A stretch of DNA of 63,994 nt, counting the filler, from Piptocephalis cylindrospora (Eukaryota), in assembly GCA_003614145.1 (NCBI GenBank). It is 5 parts of 5 records of this genome, joined end to end, with 100 filler letters (N's around TTAATTAATTAA, not from the genome) between each part and the next. Parts side by side here need not be neighbours in the genome. Positions count along the whole stretch, not along the records: positions 25,776 to 38,519 come from KZ987961.1; 4 more parts are not named here. One strand, given 5' to 3'. The stretch's first letter is position 1; each line of letters opens with the position of its first letter. Below the pieces are notes generated by a model. That model saw only the letters and a list, made by a program, of their open reading frames with translations, had not been told where the DNA came from and did no database searches. The position numbers and the translations under genes are program-made. Positions 25,776 to 37,800 of this stretch are shown here, in pieces.

Positions 25776-27972
25776 GGTGAGCTCACTGCCCAGGTGGAAG
25801 CCGATGCCGAGGAGAAGACTCGACTCAAGAATGAACGGCTTCGGTGGCAGGAGCGTGCTGCTGAAATTCTCCGGACTCAGAAGGTACGACCTCCTCTTCA
25901 AAATGTTGTTTATAGGGTAGGATATTCACGTCCTTGCTCATCTTTTATTTCATTTACCCTCTAGAAAATTGACCCGGCTGAGCATGAGGCCTTGATAAAG
26001 GAGAAGGAAAATTTAGAGAAGCGCGTGAGTGAGTTAGATGATGAAGTCAAAACCTTGGATGAAAAGAGCAAAACTTTAGATAAACAGGTAAGAGTATCTA
26101 ATCTGGCAATGTGCTATGGCGAGAATGAGCTAGTCCCATCATAGCTCATTTCATCTTTTCTCATGTAACTCAATCATATTTCCTTTAGGTTGAAATGTAC
26201 AAACGGGCCGCATCGGCATGGAAGAAGAAGTTTGATGCAGAGAAGCAGGTGAATGCGGCGGGTGGGAGCAAGAATGCGGCCATGGTTCAAGCTCAGCAGG
26301 CCCTACAGCAACAGGTATCTACTCTACAGCAAGGGAAAGAAGCACTGGAGAAGCAGGTGGAGGAATTGAAGCAGAATAGTGACGGAAGACAAGGGCTGGA
26401 GCAGGCGCTGGAGGAGGCCAAGAAAGCCGAAGCCTCCAAAACCGAGGAGCTCGCTAAGTGTCGAGCCAGGCTAGGGATTATGGAGAAGATGAACAAGAAG
26501 CTCTCCACTGAGGTTATTGCCTCCCGACGCAATGCTCAGCAGAAGGGCGCTGCAGAAGGAGAGGGGAAAAGAGCATCATCGGTTGGCCCCGCGGTGTCAC
26601 CTGGAGCCATGGTGTCTGCCCCATCTTCAGCGCCGCCCAGTACGCCCGCCACCACTTCTCCCTTGATGGCCACGATTACCCCAGCCCCACTTGCACCCCA
26701 AACCATCGCATCTCCTACCATCCCGATCCCAGCCCCCACTCGACCTCAAACTACTGGACAGCCCGACCTACTTAATCAAGCACGTGCGGCGGATGCTCAG
26801 CAACTGCTCCAGCTTTTGAGGCAACAGCAACAACAGAAGCAGCTCCAACAACATCAGGAGAAGCAGAAGCAGCACGAAGAAGTAAAGGCGCTCTCAGAGG
26901 AGCAGAACGACGCCGGGACGGATTTGATAAAGCGGAAAGGGGACACTGAGGAGACAAACCTAGATGTCAAGAAGCAACGGATGGACGAGAGTGAGGAAGC
27001 TCCGGTGGCCCAAGAATCTGAGCAATCCATCACTACCCCTACGTCTGTGGATCACGACTTGAGCATGTCCGGGGGTACTCTTACCGGGACAGGGGAAGAA
27101 GAGAGTCAAGGGGCCGAAGTTGGGGCTCAGGATGAGGAGATGGAAGACTCCTCTGGAGCCTCCATGGTATCTACAGCCATGGATGGTGGAGTGGAAGAGG
27201 AAGAATGGGAGGATATGGGTGATGAAGCCGAGGGTGGGGAGGAACACACACAAGAAGGCCAGGATCAAGAACACAAGCCCCAGTCTCAGCCCGATACCGA
27301 GACATCCACAGAACAGGAGACGCAATCCCCTCAAGGTGACCTTAACGAGAACAATGGGGATGCATCGGGCGAAGTCGAAAATCCCTTGACAGCATCGCTG
27401 ACAGAGGGACTCTCACCATTGGCTCCTCCCTTTAGCCCTGCCCCTTCTCCCGCTGCCGCCGGTACACAAGACCAAGAGCAGGAGGAGGAGGGAAACGGGG
27501 CGGATGGAGCATCTGCAGTTTCACCCACTGATACCACCGCCCCGGCTTCTGGAGCTGAAGTACCTACTAGTCATGAGGGACAAATGAGTGGAGAGACGGG
27601 AGCTAGCGGCGGGCTTGAGGGGACTGGAGGGGCTAATGAGGGATCAGGGACGCCTGGTGCGCCTAAGCGGCGTCAAGTCCCCATCACGTGGGATATCCCC
27701 AAGGTGCAAACCACACCCGTCTCCCAGGCACCCACTGGCAATACCCTTACCGGGAACCAGAATCTCTCTACACCCGGTGCAGCGCCTCGAGGTCGAGGTA
27801 AGTAGTCGACAGGAAACTTGAGTAGTGAGCGAAAGGGAGAGAGGATAGTAAGCAGACTTACCTTTTTTCCTTTCCGGTCGGTCTAGGCGGAGGTGTGGCC
27901 CGGGGTGGGAGTATTGGAAGAGCTCGGGGAAGGGGGGTACGTGGATCCGGAGGACGAGGTCGGGGCCAGTAG
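25776..27972 (+). CDS. nuclear-basket coiled-coil protein Mlp1/TPR, 3' part (5'-truncated by contig edge)
   Basis: RWQERAAEILRTQK-IDPAEHEAL matches the Mlp1/TPR RW..R...IL....IDP.E motif; coiled coil, acidic disordered tail, last exon 27887-27972 Arg/Gly-rich. Confidence 0.7.
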
Positions 27973-28261
27973 GAAATTGCTCTCCATTCACGCGATGGAA
28001 AGGATAAAAAAAACATTTATTGAACCATGGTCTTCCCTATTGTCGAGAGTAGCAGTATTATGCCTGCAGGCTGATGATAAAATATGATGATTATGGATAT
28101 GATTATGGATTCGTATATACATTTGAAAATATCCTTTCCGATAGACCAAAAATGATAGGATACGAGAGGGGAGAACGACAAAAGCAATCCAGAGGGGATT
28201 GGACATGTATTTGAAAATAATGGCGCGGGGGGTTAAATTGGTCTTGCCTCAACCCTGAATC

Positions 28262-29662
28262 CTAGACATGCTCGGTGACGCTAGGATGAAGGAGGTACAT
28301 GCGGGGGTAGACATTGGTGTAGAGAAGATCTTCAACCTCGGCACGGGCCTCGGAAAAGACCGCTACGCCGACTCGGCCCACCTTGACACGACGCTCAGCG
28401 CTAGCCCTAGCCTCTTTGGAGATATTAACTTCTAAAGGCGACTCAAATCGGATAAAAGATGTGAGGATATCCTCGGTTTGCTTGGCCAAACAGTCATTGG
28501 GGACCAGAGTGGATGCGTTGGAGCCAAGAGGGGATGTTGTGGAGCTCGGAGAGGAAGCCTTGGATTCAACACGGTCCTGTAGGGCTTCCAGAACCAGGAG
28601 GGCACGGATGAAGGAGGTGGACTCTGCAGCAAAGACCGAGGCAGCGGCCCGTTCTAGAAGCTCAAATTCCCCAGAAGATATGAGGACCGAGTGAAAATGG
28701 GACCTATTTGGGTGTCGGCTTGAGGGAAATTCACCTCCCGTACCGTCCGCCCACCAGCCTTCACCCAAAAGATCAAGGTCCCGCCTTCGCTTCTCCATCC
28801 TCCAGGAGCGGATGCTTGGGACCACAATCACCATTGTCTGACTGACGATGAGAGCGGGGAGCATGGCCTCACTTTGCCTAAAGAGATGGGGAATAGGATT
28901 ACCCCAGTAGGAGAAAAAGAGGAAGAGAAAGTAGGAGATTACGTTGGCAATAGTGGTAATGATCAGTTCAACGCGGATATGGAAGGGGTTCCTGACTCGC
29001 CAGACGCGGTAGATGGTAAAGGGCGCAATAACCCCGACGACAAGGGCAATGAAGGCGTACGCCGGGATAAAGTGCCACGATCCTGGGCAAAATTGTAAAG
29101 GGTCATTAAAGCGATAGGGCTCATGGATGATGGCCTGCATGTAGCAGAGGACGACCAAGGAGAGGAGAAAGACAAGGCCAAGTAGAAGGTACATTCGACG
29201 ATCGGAGGTACGCCGACGATCGCGCAGGAGGCGAGCCCTAATACGGTCTTGGTTCCGATCATCCATGATGCCATAACGATCCCTAGAGGTATCTGCAGGG
29301 TCATCCGGGAGTCTCCAGGACATGATGCTCTTTTGCAGGTTCTTTAGGCAAATGATCCGCCAGGCACGTAGGAGGTAGGCGAAGGAGTATATCGGGACTG
29401 TGATGTAGGCGGCCCACAAGGAGAGTAAACAGGGGGCTGAGAGGGAAGAAGTGAGGACAAGGAACTCACAGGAGAGGAAGGAGCCAATTGCGGTGACGAG
29501 GATGAGAAAGTTGGATTGCTTCCACAAAAAGGCATCCGTCTTAGCCTGACGAAAGTACAAAGCAGTCGTGAGGGTCCAGTAAATGGCTGACCCAATGGCG
29601 ATCCCCCTTCCCAGCCAGATCTGTGAGGGATAGGCGGTGGTGATGAAGGCAGGATTCGTCAT
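28262..29662 (-). CDS. 7-transmembrane plus RGS domain fusion protein (GprK/AtRGS1-like architecture), intronless
   Basis: about seven hydrophobic segments, then RGS motifs FAAESTSFI, FIRFESPLEVNIS, VFSEARAEVEDLLYTNVYPR. Confidence 0.88.
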   Translation of the reverse strand: MTNPAFITTAYPSQIWLGRGIAIGSAIYWTLTTALYFRQAKTDAFLWKQSNFLILVTAIGSFLSCEFLVLTSSLSAPCLLSLWAAYITVPIYSFAYLLRAWRIICLKNLQKSIMSWRLPDDPADTSRDRYGIMDDRNQDRIRARLLRDRRRTSDRRMYLLLGLVFLLSLVVLCYMQAIIHEPYRFNDPLQFCPGSWHFIPAYAFIALVVGVIAPFTIYRVWRVRNPFHIRVELIITTIANVISYFLFLFFSYWGNPIPHLFRQSEAMLPALIVSQTMVIVVPSIRSWRMEKRRRDLDLLGEGWWADGTGGEFPSSRHPNRSHFHSVLISSGEFELLERAAASVFAAESTSFIRALLVLEALQDRVESKASSPSSTTSPLGSNASTLVPNDCLAKQTEDILTSFIRFESPLEVNISKEARASAERRVKVGRVGVAVFSEARAEVEDLLYTNVYPRMYLLHPSVTEHV

Positions 29663-30579
29663 CCAAGCCTATGTGGATACCGAGAAGCTCTGGGATGAGT
29701 GGCTAGTGGTATGGGGCGAGGAAAAGGGAATAGTAATGGATGATCCAGCAAGAGCAGGGCACAAGGGTATGATTAGGAAGACTAAAGATGGGAAACGGGA
29801 CTATTGGAGATGGGAGGGGAGACGGAGGATTCCCAGAAAGGGAGCAGTCTAGGGGCAACGACGACCAAGAGAGGATGGGCGGGGGGAGATGGGCGGGAGG
29901 AAGAGAGGGGAATTACACAGTAACGGAAAGGAAGAAGACAGGTCGAGCATGCATAGACAAAGAAAAAAGGAAGGGAAGGGAGAGGGAACAAGGAAAACTG
30001 ACGTTGAACACTGGTCCCAAGGACGAATGGGCAATAAATATGCATTGTGTAAAATGGCAGCCGTTGAGCAAGTGCCTTGCAGCCAGAGCAGATCGGAGTG
30101 TGGGAACTCCGCCACCTCCTGCCCATTAGTGTATGCTCCGAGAGCGCACCGGGCTGGACCACCCCGTACATTTCAGTGCTGATCCATTGGTTCCATGCTT
30201 GAGAGAGGCGAGGAGCAAAGTCCAAATTAAGCAGGGCCTTCCTCGGTGCGGTCGAGGGAGGATGGGTATGAGAGAATGAGGTTGAATGAATGGCTGACCA
30301 AACAAATGGTGTTCTTGCTCCAGAACACTTGATTCCTATGTGAAAGTATAAGAAAGCGTTGAAAAGCCAAGAGGAGGGGATTTGGAAATCTTCCCCTTTT
30401 GTACCGCACACCCGTCTTGTCTTCTAAGGCAATATACTATGACTATCCACGCCAAGCGGTATGTAATGAGAGAGGCTTTAAGAAAAAAGGGCCACTACGC
30501 CAATATGGCGGCAGTCACCTCAAGCGATGAGGAAAGGTTTATCCTAAACACACGACTCAGGATAATACCTCACAAGAAC

Positions 30580-30637
30580 ACGCTTTCATTGTGTAGTAAA
30601 CAGCGAAATGTATTGGGAAATACGCTTTCATTGTGTA
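30580..30637. repeat. 16-bp direct repeat ACGCTTTCATTGTGTA x2 right after the SLC26 stop codon
   Basis: copies at 30580-30595 and 30622-30637. Confidence 0.8.
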
Positions 30638-30640
30638 CAC

Positions 30641-32453
30641 TCAAGAAAAGAAGTAATCGTAGACAGTCATAACAAGAGCCATGACCATCCCAGACAGTAG
30701 ACCAATCTCGACATTGACGAGAACAACAGTGAGAAAAGTTAGAATCCAGAGACAGAGCTTGACTTTAGACCTCTCCCAGTATCGACGGACCTCCTTGGCT
30801 TCCTTGAGGAGGCCGGTGCAAGCTACGAGGATGACAGCAGCAAGGACGACCAGAGGCGTGTGATAGAAGAGGGGGGTGAGACAGACAAGGACAAGGCCAA
30901 CAACGGCCGCGCTCCAAAGGGAAGCAGCAGGAGTCTTGGCTCCGGCCGAGGAAATGATCAGTGATCGGGTGAGGGAGCCGGTGTTGAGGTAACTTTGGAA
31001 GAATGCTCCCACCACAGATGAAAAGCCCAGGGAGTATAGCTCTCTCGTCTCAACAATGGTCTCTTCTACCCGGGAAGCCAGGAGCTTTCCTATAGAAATG
31101 GTAATGACATATCCTACAATGGCCAGGACGAGGGCCGAGGGGAAAAGGTCCTTAAAGTCCATAGTGAAGATCCAACCGGCGGAGAAGGAAGGTAGGCCAC
31201 CAGGGATGTGCCCAGTAATGATAATTCCTAGATCCTCCAGGTGAAAGAGGTGGACCAGCAGGGTAACGGAGCCGATGGTTACGAGAATATCTGGGATTTT
31301 GGGGAAGCGAAAGGTACGGACTGTATCAAGGAAATGGGATATGCTGTGTGAGTGTGTGTCATGCAAGGATGGATAGATTACACCACCACCAGAAGGCTGA
31401 GGAGGAGGAAGCTTACCTCGTCTTTCTCGAAGTAGAGCGGTACTTTCTATCGGGAGAACGGAAGCCATTTGACCCCCATCCACAACGTCATAATAGCGCT
31501 GGACATACTTGTTCAGTAGACGAATGGCGCAGATGAGGAGGATCGATCCAATGCCTAAGGCTGCCGTAGCCAAGTGCGTTTCCTGGATGTGGGTGGCAAT
31601 GTGCATCCATTGTCTTGGCAAGGCAAGATATCCTTTGAAATGAGGAATATCCAGGCCTAGGAGATTCCCCATCTGGGAAGATCCAATGTGTAAGGCCGAT
31701 GCACAAGCAAATCCACTGTTAGGAAGGAATGAGGGAAAGATGAGGAGATACTCGTATGCATGTAGGATGCAAGGATGAGGTCGTATCCTCACACAAACCC
31801 TTGTATACTTCATCTCAAACCAGAACCCCTACCCCTGGTACACTTACCTGAGTAATGGGTGGGGGAGAAGAGTGTCTGTAAATCTAGTGACCCCAATGAG
31901 CCCCAGGCCTATCTGGATCATGCCTGCGAGGAAGGAGATCTGCATAGCGAGGTTGATGTACTCTTGAGAAACATTGGAGCTTGCGGTGGCCATGAGGGAC
32001 GATATCATAGTCTCCTCGCCAATATGAGATTGAACTGCCTTGCCCAAAAGAAGTGAAGTTCTATGTAATAAGAATGAGGTGAGTGGGGTTAAAATATGAG
32101 ATGGAGCACCGCAAGGTTCAGTCTTCCTTACAAGGCAAATGTCCCCGTGATAGTGTACTGAGAGGAGCAGAAAAGGGAGTAGAGGATAACAGGGACCAAG
32201 GAGGTGTAAAGTCCATATACAGGGGGGAGGCCTGCAAGAGGATTCGAGGGATGTCAGTAAAGATCCGGGGTAGGGGGAAGATGTATATCTATCATCATCT
32301 CTTCTCCATGGGATAAAGAAGAGGAGGGATCATCAATGACTTACCAGCCAAGAGGGCATAAGCCATGCTCTGAGGGATGACAAGACCAGAGATGCTCAGG
32401 CCAGCGACTAAGTCTTCCTTCCAATATTGTTTTACTCTAGTTAACGAGAGCAT
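30641..32453 (-). CDS. SLC26/SulP anion transporter, no STAS domain, multi-exon
   Basis: DLVAGLSISGLVIPQSMAYALLAGLPPVYGLY, SFLAGMIQIGLG, SGFACASALHIGSSQ, TGSLTRS, AGAKTP; stop directly after the last TM. Confidence 0.9.
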
Positions 32454-32468
32454 TTTGGGAGTATGGAT

Positions 32469-32523
32469 GATGGGATGGGATGGGATGGGATGGGATGGGA
32501 TGGGATGGGATGGGATGGGATGG
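32469..32523. repeat. (TGGGA)n pentanucleotide microsatellite, about 11 copies
   Basis: seen directly, just upstream of the SLC26 ATG; a shorter (ATCCC)n lies near 337-357. Confidence 0.95.
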
Positions 32524-34458
32524 AGGGCGGGAAAACACTGCAGAAATGAAAGGTCAAGAAAATGAGAGGATGATGGATGCACAACAGAGGATATGTCTGG
32601 TCAAGAATGCAATTGCGAGGGCTTAGATGAATGAACGAAAGGAAATGATAAGGGAATGGGAAGCGGTCAAGATGAAAGGAGGAAACGACCGGGATGAACA
32701 AAAAGCCAGCTGTGGGCTAGGAGGGTTTAAAAAGATCCAATTCACTCAAATGAAATTTGAATAGAACAATGGGTCAGAAGCGTCAAATGTCTTGGTGACG
32801 TGGATCAGAGATAATCACGAAAACAACAGGATGAGAGAGCGATGACTTGGAGAATGGAGTGGTAGTGATCCTCAAGTCAGGAGATGAGATAATGATAGAA
32901 AATGGGAAGAAGTGGATGCCTGATAGTAGGAGGGTTCCTATACCTAACGACCTGCCATCGCAGTCCTCTTTTATAATGGATACCACGACTGTGACAAGGT
33001 CTATTCTTGCGGTTTCCTTTGATAGACTTTCCACATGTCCTTGGAGAATGGCCTACCCAACACCCCCCCTTCCTGCCCCCTATGTATTCGTGATACATCC
33101 GAACCACCCCCTGCCCTCCCCAACCCCAGACGAGGGAGTGTGAAGGGCGCATGCGCGGAGTTGTGAATGCGATTTTTGTGTCAATGGGGGAGGAGAAAAG
33201 CAGGATAATTCATGGCCCCAAGACATCCCAGGGGAAAAGAGCAGGAGATCTGCTCTGGAGGAGAAGAATCAAAGCAGGGCCTAGCCCTGGGGAAAACCTT
33301 CGTCTTTCATTGTAAGAAAAGCTCCGTCAACCGATGGGGAGAGGAGAAGGGAGGAAACGAGAAGCAAATCGCTGGACCCTGTTCATCTTCACATCCCATT
33401 CACACCATGATAAATTGGCTTTCGCATCTTCCTCTGGGAATCCTCGTTTGATGCAAGGCGATTGTGTGGACAGGTGGGTGGGTGTGAATGAGCAAAGAGC
33501 CGTCATTTCAACTCACTAGTCAGCCCGGGGAGATGTTGATCCCTATTGACGGTTTCGTATGGGCATTCGACCCTTTCTGGTTGGGAGAATAGCGAGTGCG
33601 TGGAAGAGGCATTCGATGCAGATCCTACGAGTAAAAAAAGACGACCAAGACAACTGTATTTCTTTCCTTCATCCTTTCTCCGACTGGGCAATAATGGCTG
33701 ATACGCCCGTCATCCATTGCCATCGTTCCCCCTCACAGCCCGATGCCATTTCTTGCGGACTGCCCTCGTTCGATATACCATTCATCGTTTCACAAGCGGA
33801 TGACCTCCTCGCCGGCCTCACTTCCAAGGCCGGGCTGGCCTATCGGCCGATTCAGCATCAATGCCGACATAACCTTTCAGCGTAACCCCGACCTGATTCA
33901 TCCCTCCCTCTCACAGAATCGCAAGCTCTTGGTCCTGGAACGTGTGACCCATTCCACGTCTCCCAGCTCCTTCCTTTTTCCATCGAGGCTTACTTTTAGG
34001 ACCCCGATAAGTGGTACAAGGAAAGGGGAGGTGCCAAGGGAGTCATCATCTATTTACCACCCCTTCTTTTCCCCCCCTCCCCCCTTCTCCCTTAATCATT
34101 TCGTACGCGCGTATGCAGACGTGCATTATAAGGGGGATCTTGGACTAGAAATAGCATATACTGTGCCGGTTCCAACTGCAATGTCTTCGTACCACCTCGT
34201 ACAATCAGTCAGGTGGAAAGACAGTCTCTGTCAGCCCCATGATGGTCCTGGTGAAACACAAATCTCAACACACTATTGACTTGGCATATCTCCCATCCCC
34301 ACCCATCATGACCTAATTCACCGAATGTGTCTAGATAAGTAATCTAGTCTATCTTAGCCGTCCCTATGCAGTATACTTTATCAGGCCACAGACCATCGTA
34401 CTAAGCTATATGCACCATCCGCCCCCCACCTCCCTCGCTTCCCATCCCCACCAAAGAC

Positions 34459-37038
34459 CTAGGCGACGGAGCTCTTATTCACTGGATTCGCCTTAAGTTC
34501 GGCAAGTCGGTCGGCAAGACGATCATGCCATTCAGTCCCCTCAAAGGATCCACGGGTCCGACCAATTAAGCTGCGTAACAGACCCCGGCTCTGGTAGTGC
34601 CAGTCAGGAGCAACAAGACGCATACTACCCTCAGGTTTCTCTTCGTCTGGAATAGACATATCTCCAAAGTTCCCATAGGCCTCAACGACATCCAAGCATG
34701 CCGCTGCTGCAGTCTCAAAGGCTGTCGTATCGGTCTCGACCGGGGATCGGTGCAGAGTGGCACGGTAGGCCTTGAGATAAGCCTCGAGGCATCGGGCCCA
34801 ATCTTTGCGCCAGCGCCAAAAGTCCGCACACAGCCTCCAAATCTCGGCATTGTCCGTGATCCGCGCGGTGACACAGTTAATCAGCAGATCCTCCATGTGA
34901 CGAGATAGGCGCTCCCGTCGATTCAATGCCTCAGTATGAGCCACAGCAGGGGTAGTCTTGGCTCCCTCCCCTTCAGGGCCTTCATCGGCCATCCGCATCA
35001 ATACACGGATGAGGATACGAAGCACCTCCACATCAACAGCCCCCGCTCCCTCCCGGTCCACCCGGAGCTCAAGGATCCGGCGGACAGCAAGAATTCCCTC
35101 AGCCACTTCTCCCACATCCACCGAGACGTAAAGGTAGTTTTGCCAAATCTTCCATGAGTCGTACTTTTCCTTTAGCGCCTTGTGGAAGGCATTGAATGCC
35201 TCGCGCTTCCGGTTCAGATGAAGATATACACTTCCCAGATTATTCCACGCTTCAGCATTGTCCTCCATCGTAACGACCCGGTGAAATGCCTGTGCCGACT
35301 CCTCCCAATCCTCCTGGTGCATCGCAGCACATCCAAGCATAAACCAAGAGTGCTCGAAAAGTGGATTGAGCTTTAGGGCCAAATGATATGCCGTAATGGC
35401 CTCGGGCCACTTCTCGGACTTGAAATAATAAGCACCGAGGGAGCGTTGAGCACGAGCATATCGCTTCCCGCTCTCCTCCCAGGCACGTTCCCAATAGCTC
35501 GGATCTTTTTGGAGGTCCCCGAGGATACAATAGAGCCAGGGGAGATCAGCTCCCTCCTTTTCCAATTGCTCCCGGACCAGTACCTCGGCCTGATCCTCCT
35601 CCCCAAGTATCTGGTGGCAGGCAATGACGTCATCCCATAGCTCAAGTCTCTCAAAAATTTCCAGGGCACTACGGATTACTCCAATGCTCATAAACCGTTC
35701 AGCCAATTCCTTCTCCAGCTCCCACTTGGCCGGTAGGGCCAGAGAGTGGCACCACCGGAGCCTTTCAGGGGCTCCAGCCACGCTAGTATCATCCACAGGG
35801 ATTTGATCCACAAGGGCCTGGAGTTGGAGGACTCCTCGCTCCACCGTCCGGGACTTGTTGGCTTCCAGTCGTGACCGAAGGAGAAGAGCCGTGGTGTGGA
35901 TCGACCAGTTGTTCGGATGTCCAAGGACTCGGGACACGTAGGGCATCATCTGTTCTGTGGTGAGACCATGAGCCGGGTTGGTGTTGCGTACATTAAGGCA
36001 GTGGGCCAGAAGGAGGCACTGATCAATGGGAGCAAGGTTGGATGTGGCTGCCTCATCCTTGTCGGTAAAAGCCACTTCCTCGAGCAGGGTGTCGTCCCCA
36101 AGGGGGAGCGTTTCCGGATTAGCCGCGGCCGTGGTCTTGGAATCGGAAGTTGAGGTTGAGGACGAAGAGGCTAGGACAACGAGTTGAGATAGATCATTTT
36201 CCTGAAACTTGGTCCGTTTGCCTAGAGCTCCCGTAACTCGAAAGACGAGGCCGGAGGCGTCTTGAGCCTCTTGGTACGCCTCCAAGGACCGTTGATCGCT
36301 CCCGTACCAATGGTGTACCAAGCCCCGCTCCAGGGCATATCGAGCAGATAGGTCGGCATTGCCTTCAGGGATGGAAATGCCAGAGAAACGCTCGAGAACA
36401 GCATCATGCAGGGTGGCCGATCGATCTCTAAGGATACGTTGGTGGGTGAAGAGTGTACGGGCCGCCCACCACCGTACGGACGGGGTATAAGGAAGCAAAA
36501 GGCTCTCGGCCCCAACAAAGATGGAGCGAGCCATGAGAAGAAAATGAAGACCTGGAGTAAGGCGATATACATCCTCCCCATCAATAGAGAGTGCCTTGGT
36601 CACCATATTTTGCATCAGAGAGTTTCGAGTGGTCGAGCTCTGAGCCGCAATCGTTGTCTCCTCCTTTTCGGTTTGCAGCGAGGCGGGAAGGAGGGTGGTC
36701 GGGTCCAGAGAGAGGGGAGGGCCAGTCCAGGCTGTCTGAAGAAAGCAATTCAGCGCGCCCTGACCCACGGCAAGGATTTGGAGAGCCGCATCCACCTCCC
36801 TGTCCTGAGCCTGGCTCAATATCTCCTCTACACTCTTAACCAATTCAAGGGACCAGGCTTCCAAGGTGGATGCATCCCTCTTGGTGAAGAGGTCTTTGGC
36901 TAACTGGGTAGTCAAGGCATCGGCATACTGGCCTTTCTGGATATAGGCCACTTCCTCGAGAGTCGAGATGGCTTCTGTCTCAGGGGAGGTGTACACGAGA
37001 AGGTCCCACTCGAACGAGCTGTTTGCAGTAGAAGCCAT
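34459..37038 (-). CDS. EMW1: TPR protein Emw1/TTC27, intronless
   Basis: FLQTAWTGP, TGALGKRTKFQ, NWSIHTTALLLRSRLEANKSRTVERGVLQLQALVDQ, multiple TPRs; ATG at 37038 (MASTANSSF). Confidence 0.92.
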   Translation of the reverse strand: MASTANSSFEWDLLVYTSPETEAISTLEEVAYIQKGQYADALTTQLAKDLFTKRDASTLEAWSLELVKSVEEILSQAQDREVDAALQILAVGQGALNCFLQTAWTGPPLSLDPTTLLPASLQTEKEETTIAAQSSTTRNSLMQNMVTKALSIDGEDVYRLTPGLHFLLMARSIFVGAESLLLPYTPSVRWWAARTLFTHQRILRDRSATLHDAVLERFSGISIPEGNADLSARYALERGLVHHWYGSDQRSLEAYQEAQDASGLVFRVTGALGKRTKFQENDLSQLVVLASSSSTSTSDSKTTAAANPETLPLGDDTLLEEVAFTDKDEAATSNLAPIDQCLLLAHCLNVRNTNPAHGLTTEQMMPYVSRVLGHPNNWSIHTTALLLRSRLEANKSRTVERGVLQLQALVDQIPVDDTSVAGAPERLRWCHSLALPAKWELEKELAERFMSIGVIRSALEIFERLELWDDVIACHQILGEEDQAEVLVREQLEKEGADLPWLYCILGDLQKDPSYWERAWEESGKRYARAQRSLGAYYFKSEKWPEAITAYHLALKLNPLFEHSWFMLGCAAMHQEDWEESAQAFHRVVTMEDNAEAWNNLGSVYLHLNRKREAFNAFHKALKEKYDSWKIWQNYLYVSVDVGEVAEGILAVRRILELRVDREGAGAVDVEVLRILIRVLMRMADEGPEGEGAKTTPAVAHTEALNRRERLSRHMEDLLINCVTARITDNAEIWRLCADFWRWRKDWARCLEAYLKAYRATLHRSPVETDTTAFETAAAACLDVVEAYGNFGDMSIPDEEKPEGSMRLVAPDWHYQSRGLLRSLIGRTRGSFEGTEWHDRLADRLAELKANPVNKSSVA

Positions 37039-37800
37039 AACAGATAGGGAAGTAGTGTAGGAGAGGGGAGGACGGGAGGAAGAAGATGAATGAAGTGACG
37101 GAAAGAAAAAAAAGCAAAAGCGCACTCTATATACTTATGTGGTCATCTCCCCAGCTTGCACAATGTTTCCCTTCCCTGCTCATACCTTCACGGACCCTCC
37201 TGGAATGCCCTGGACATCTCCCCTTTAGTGTACTCGATAGGACCTTGCTGAGTCAGCAAATCTTGTTTGTGCTCACCTTCTGGGGGGAGAGGGGTGAGCT
37301 ATGATAAACTATCCCTAGAATCAGGATAAGAATTAACCCATCTCAAACTTGGATGATCTAACCAGTAACAGGCATGCTAGAAAAAATGGAAAAATAAAAT
37401 TTGAGGTTACATTTCCACCATCTCACACCAATATGTCTAACTTTTTTTAAATTGAGCTATCCCTTGAGGGCGATTCTCATGACAATAAATTTTTCAACAC
37501 AAAAAAGAATAACGATGAAAACGGCGTTGCTTCGATAGAAGGATCATTATCTGATGGAAGGGCCATGCATGCTTCACCTACGAATAGGACCATGTCTATT
37601 GAGGAGAGCAGAATGAGTCTCCAAGAGCAGTACATATTCAATTATCAAAAGAAAAAAGGAAGAAACAGATATATTGACTCAAGGAGGAAAGAAGAATAGG
37701 TCAGGGATAGAAATGGGGCCAACCATTCACATCCGATCGTGATCGAAGAATCTCTCCTAAAGTAGGAGAAGAGATGAACCACATGCACTGCCAATTCACA

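Noticed and set aside
32469..32523. (TGGGA)n as telomere or CRISPR-like array
   Set aside because: Simple internal microsatellite with no spacers; no CRISPR array, tRNA or rRNA was recognised anywhere in the window by eye.
32783..33152. Hydrophobic ORFs upstream of SLC26 as extra exons or a duplicated fragment
   Set aside because: Only vague similarity, with no SLC26 signature or consistent splice sites.
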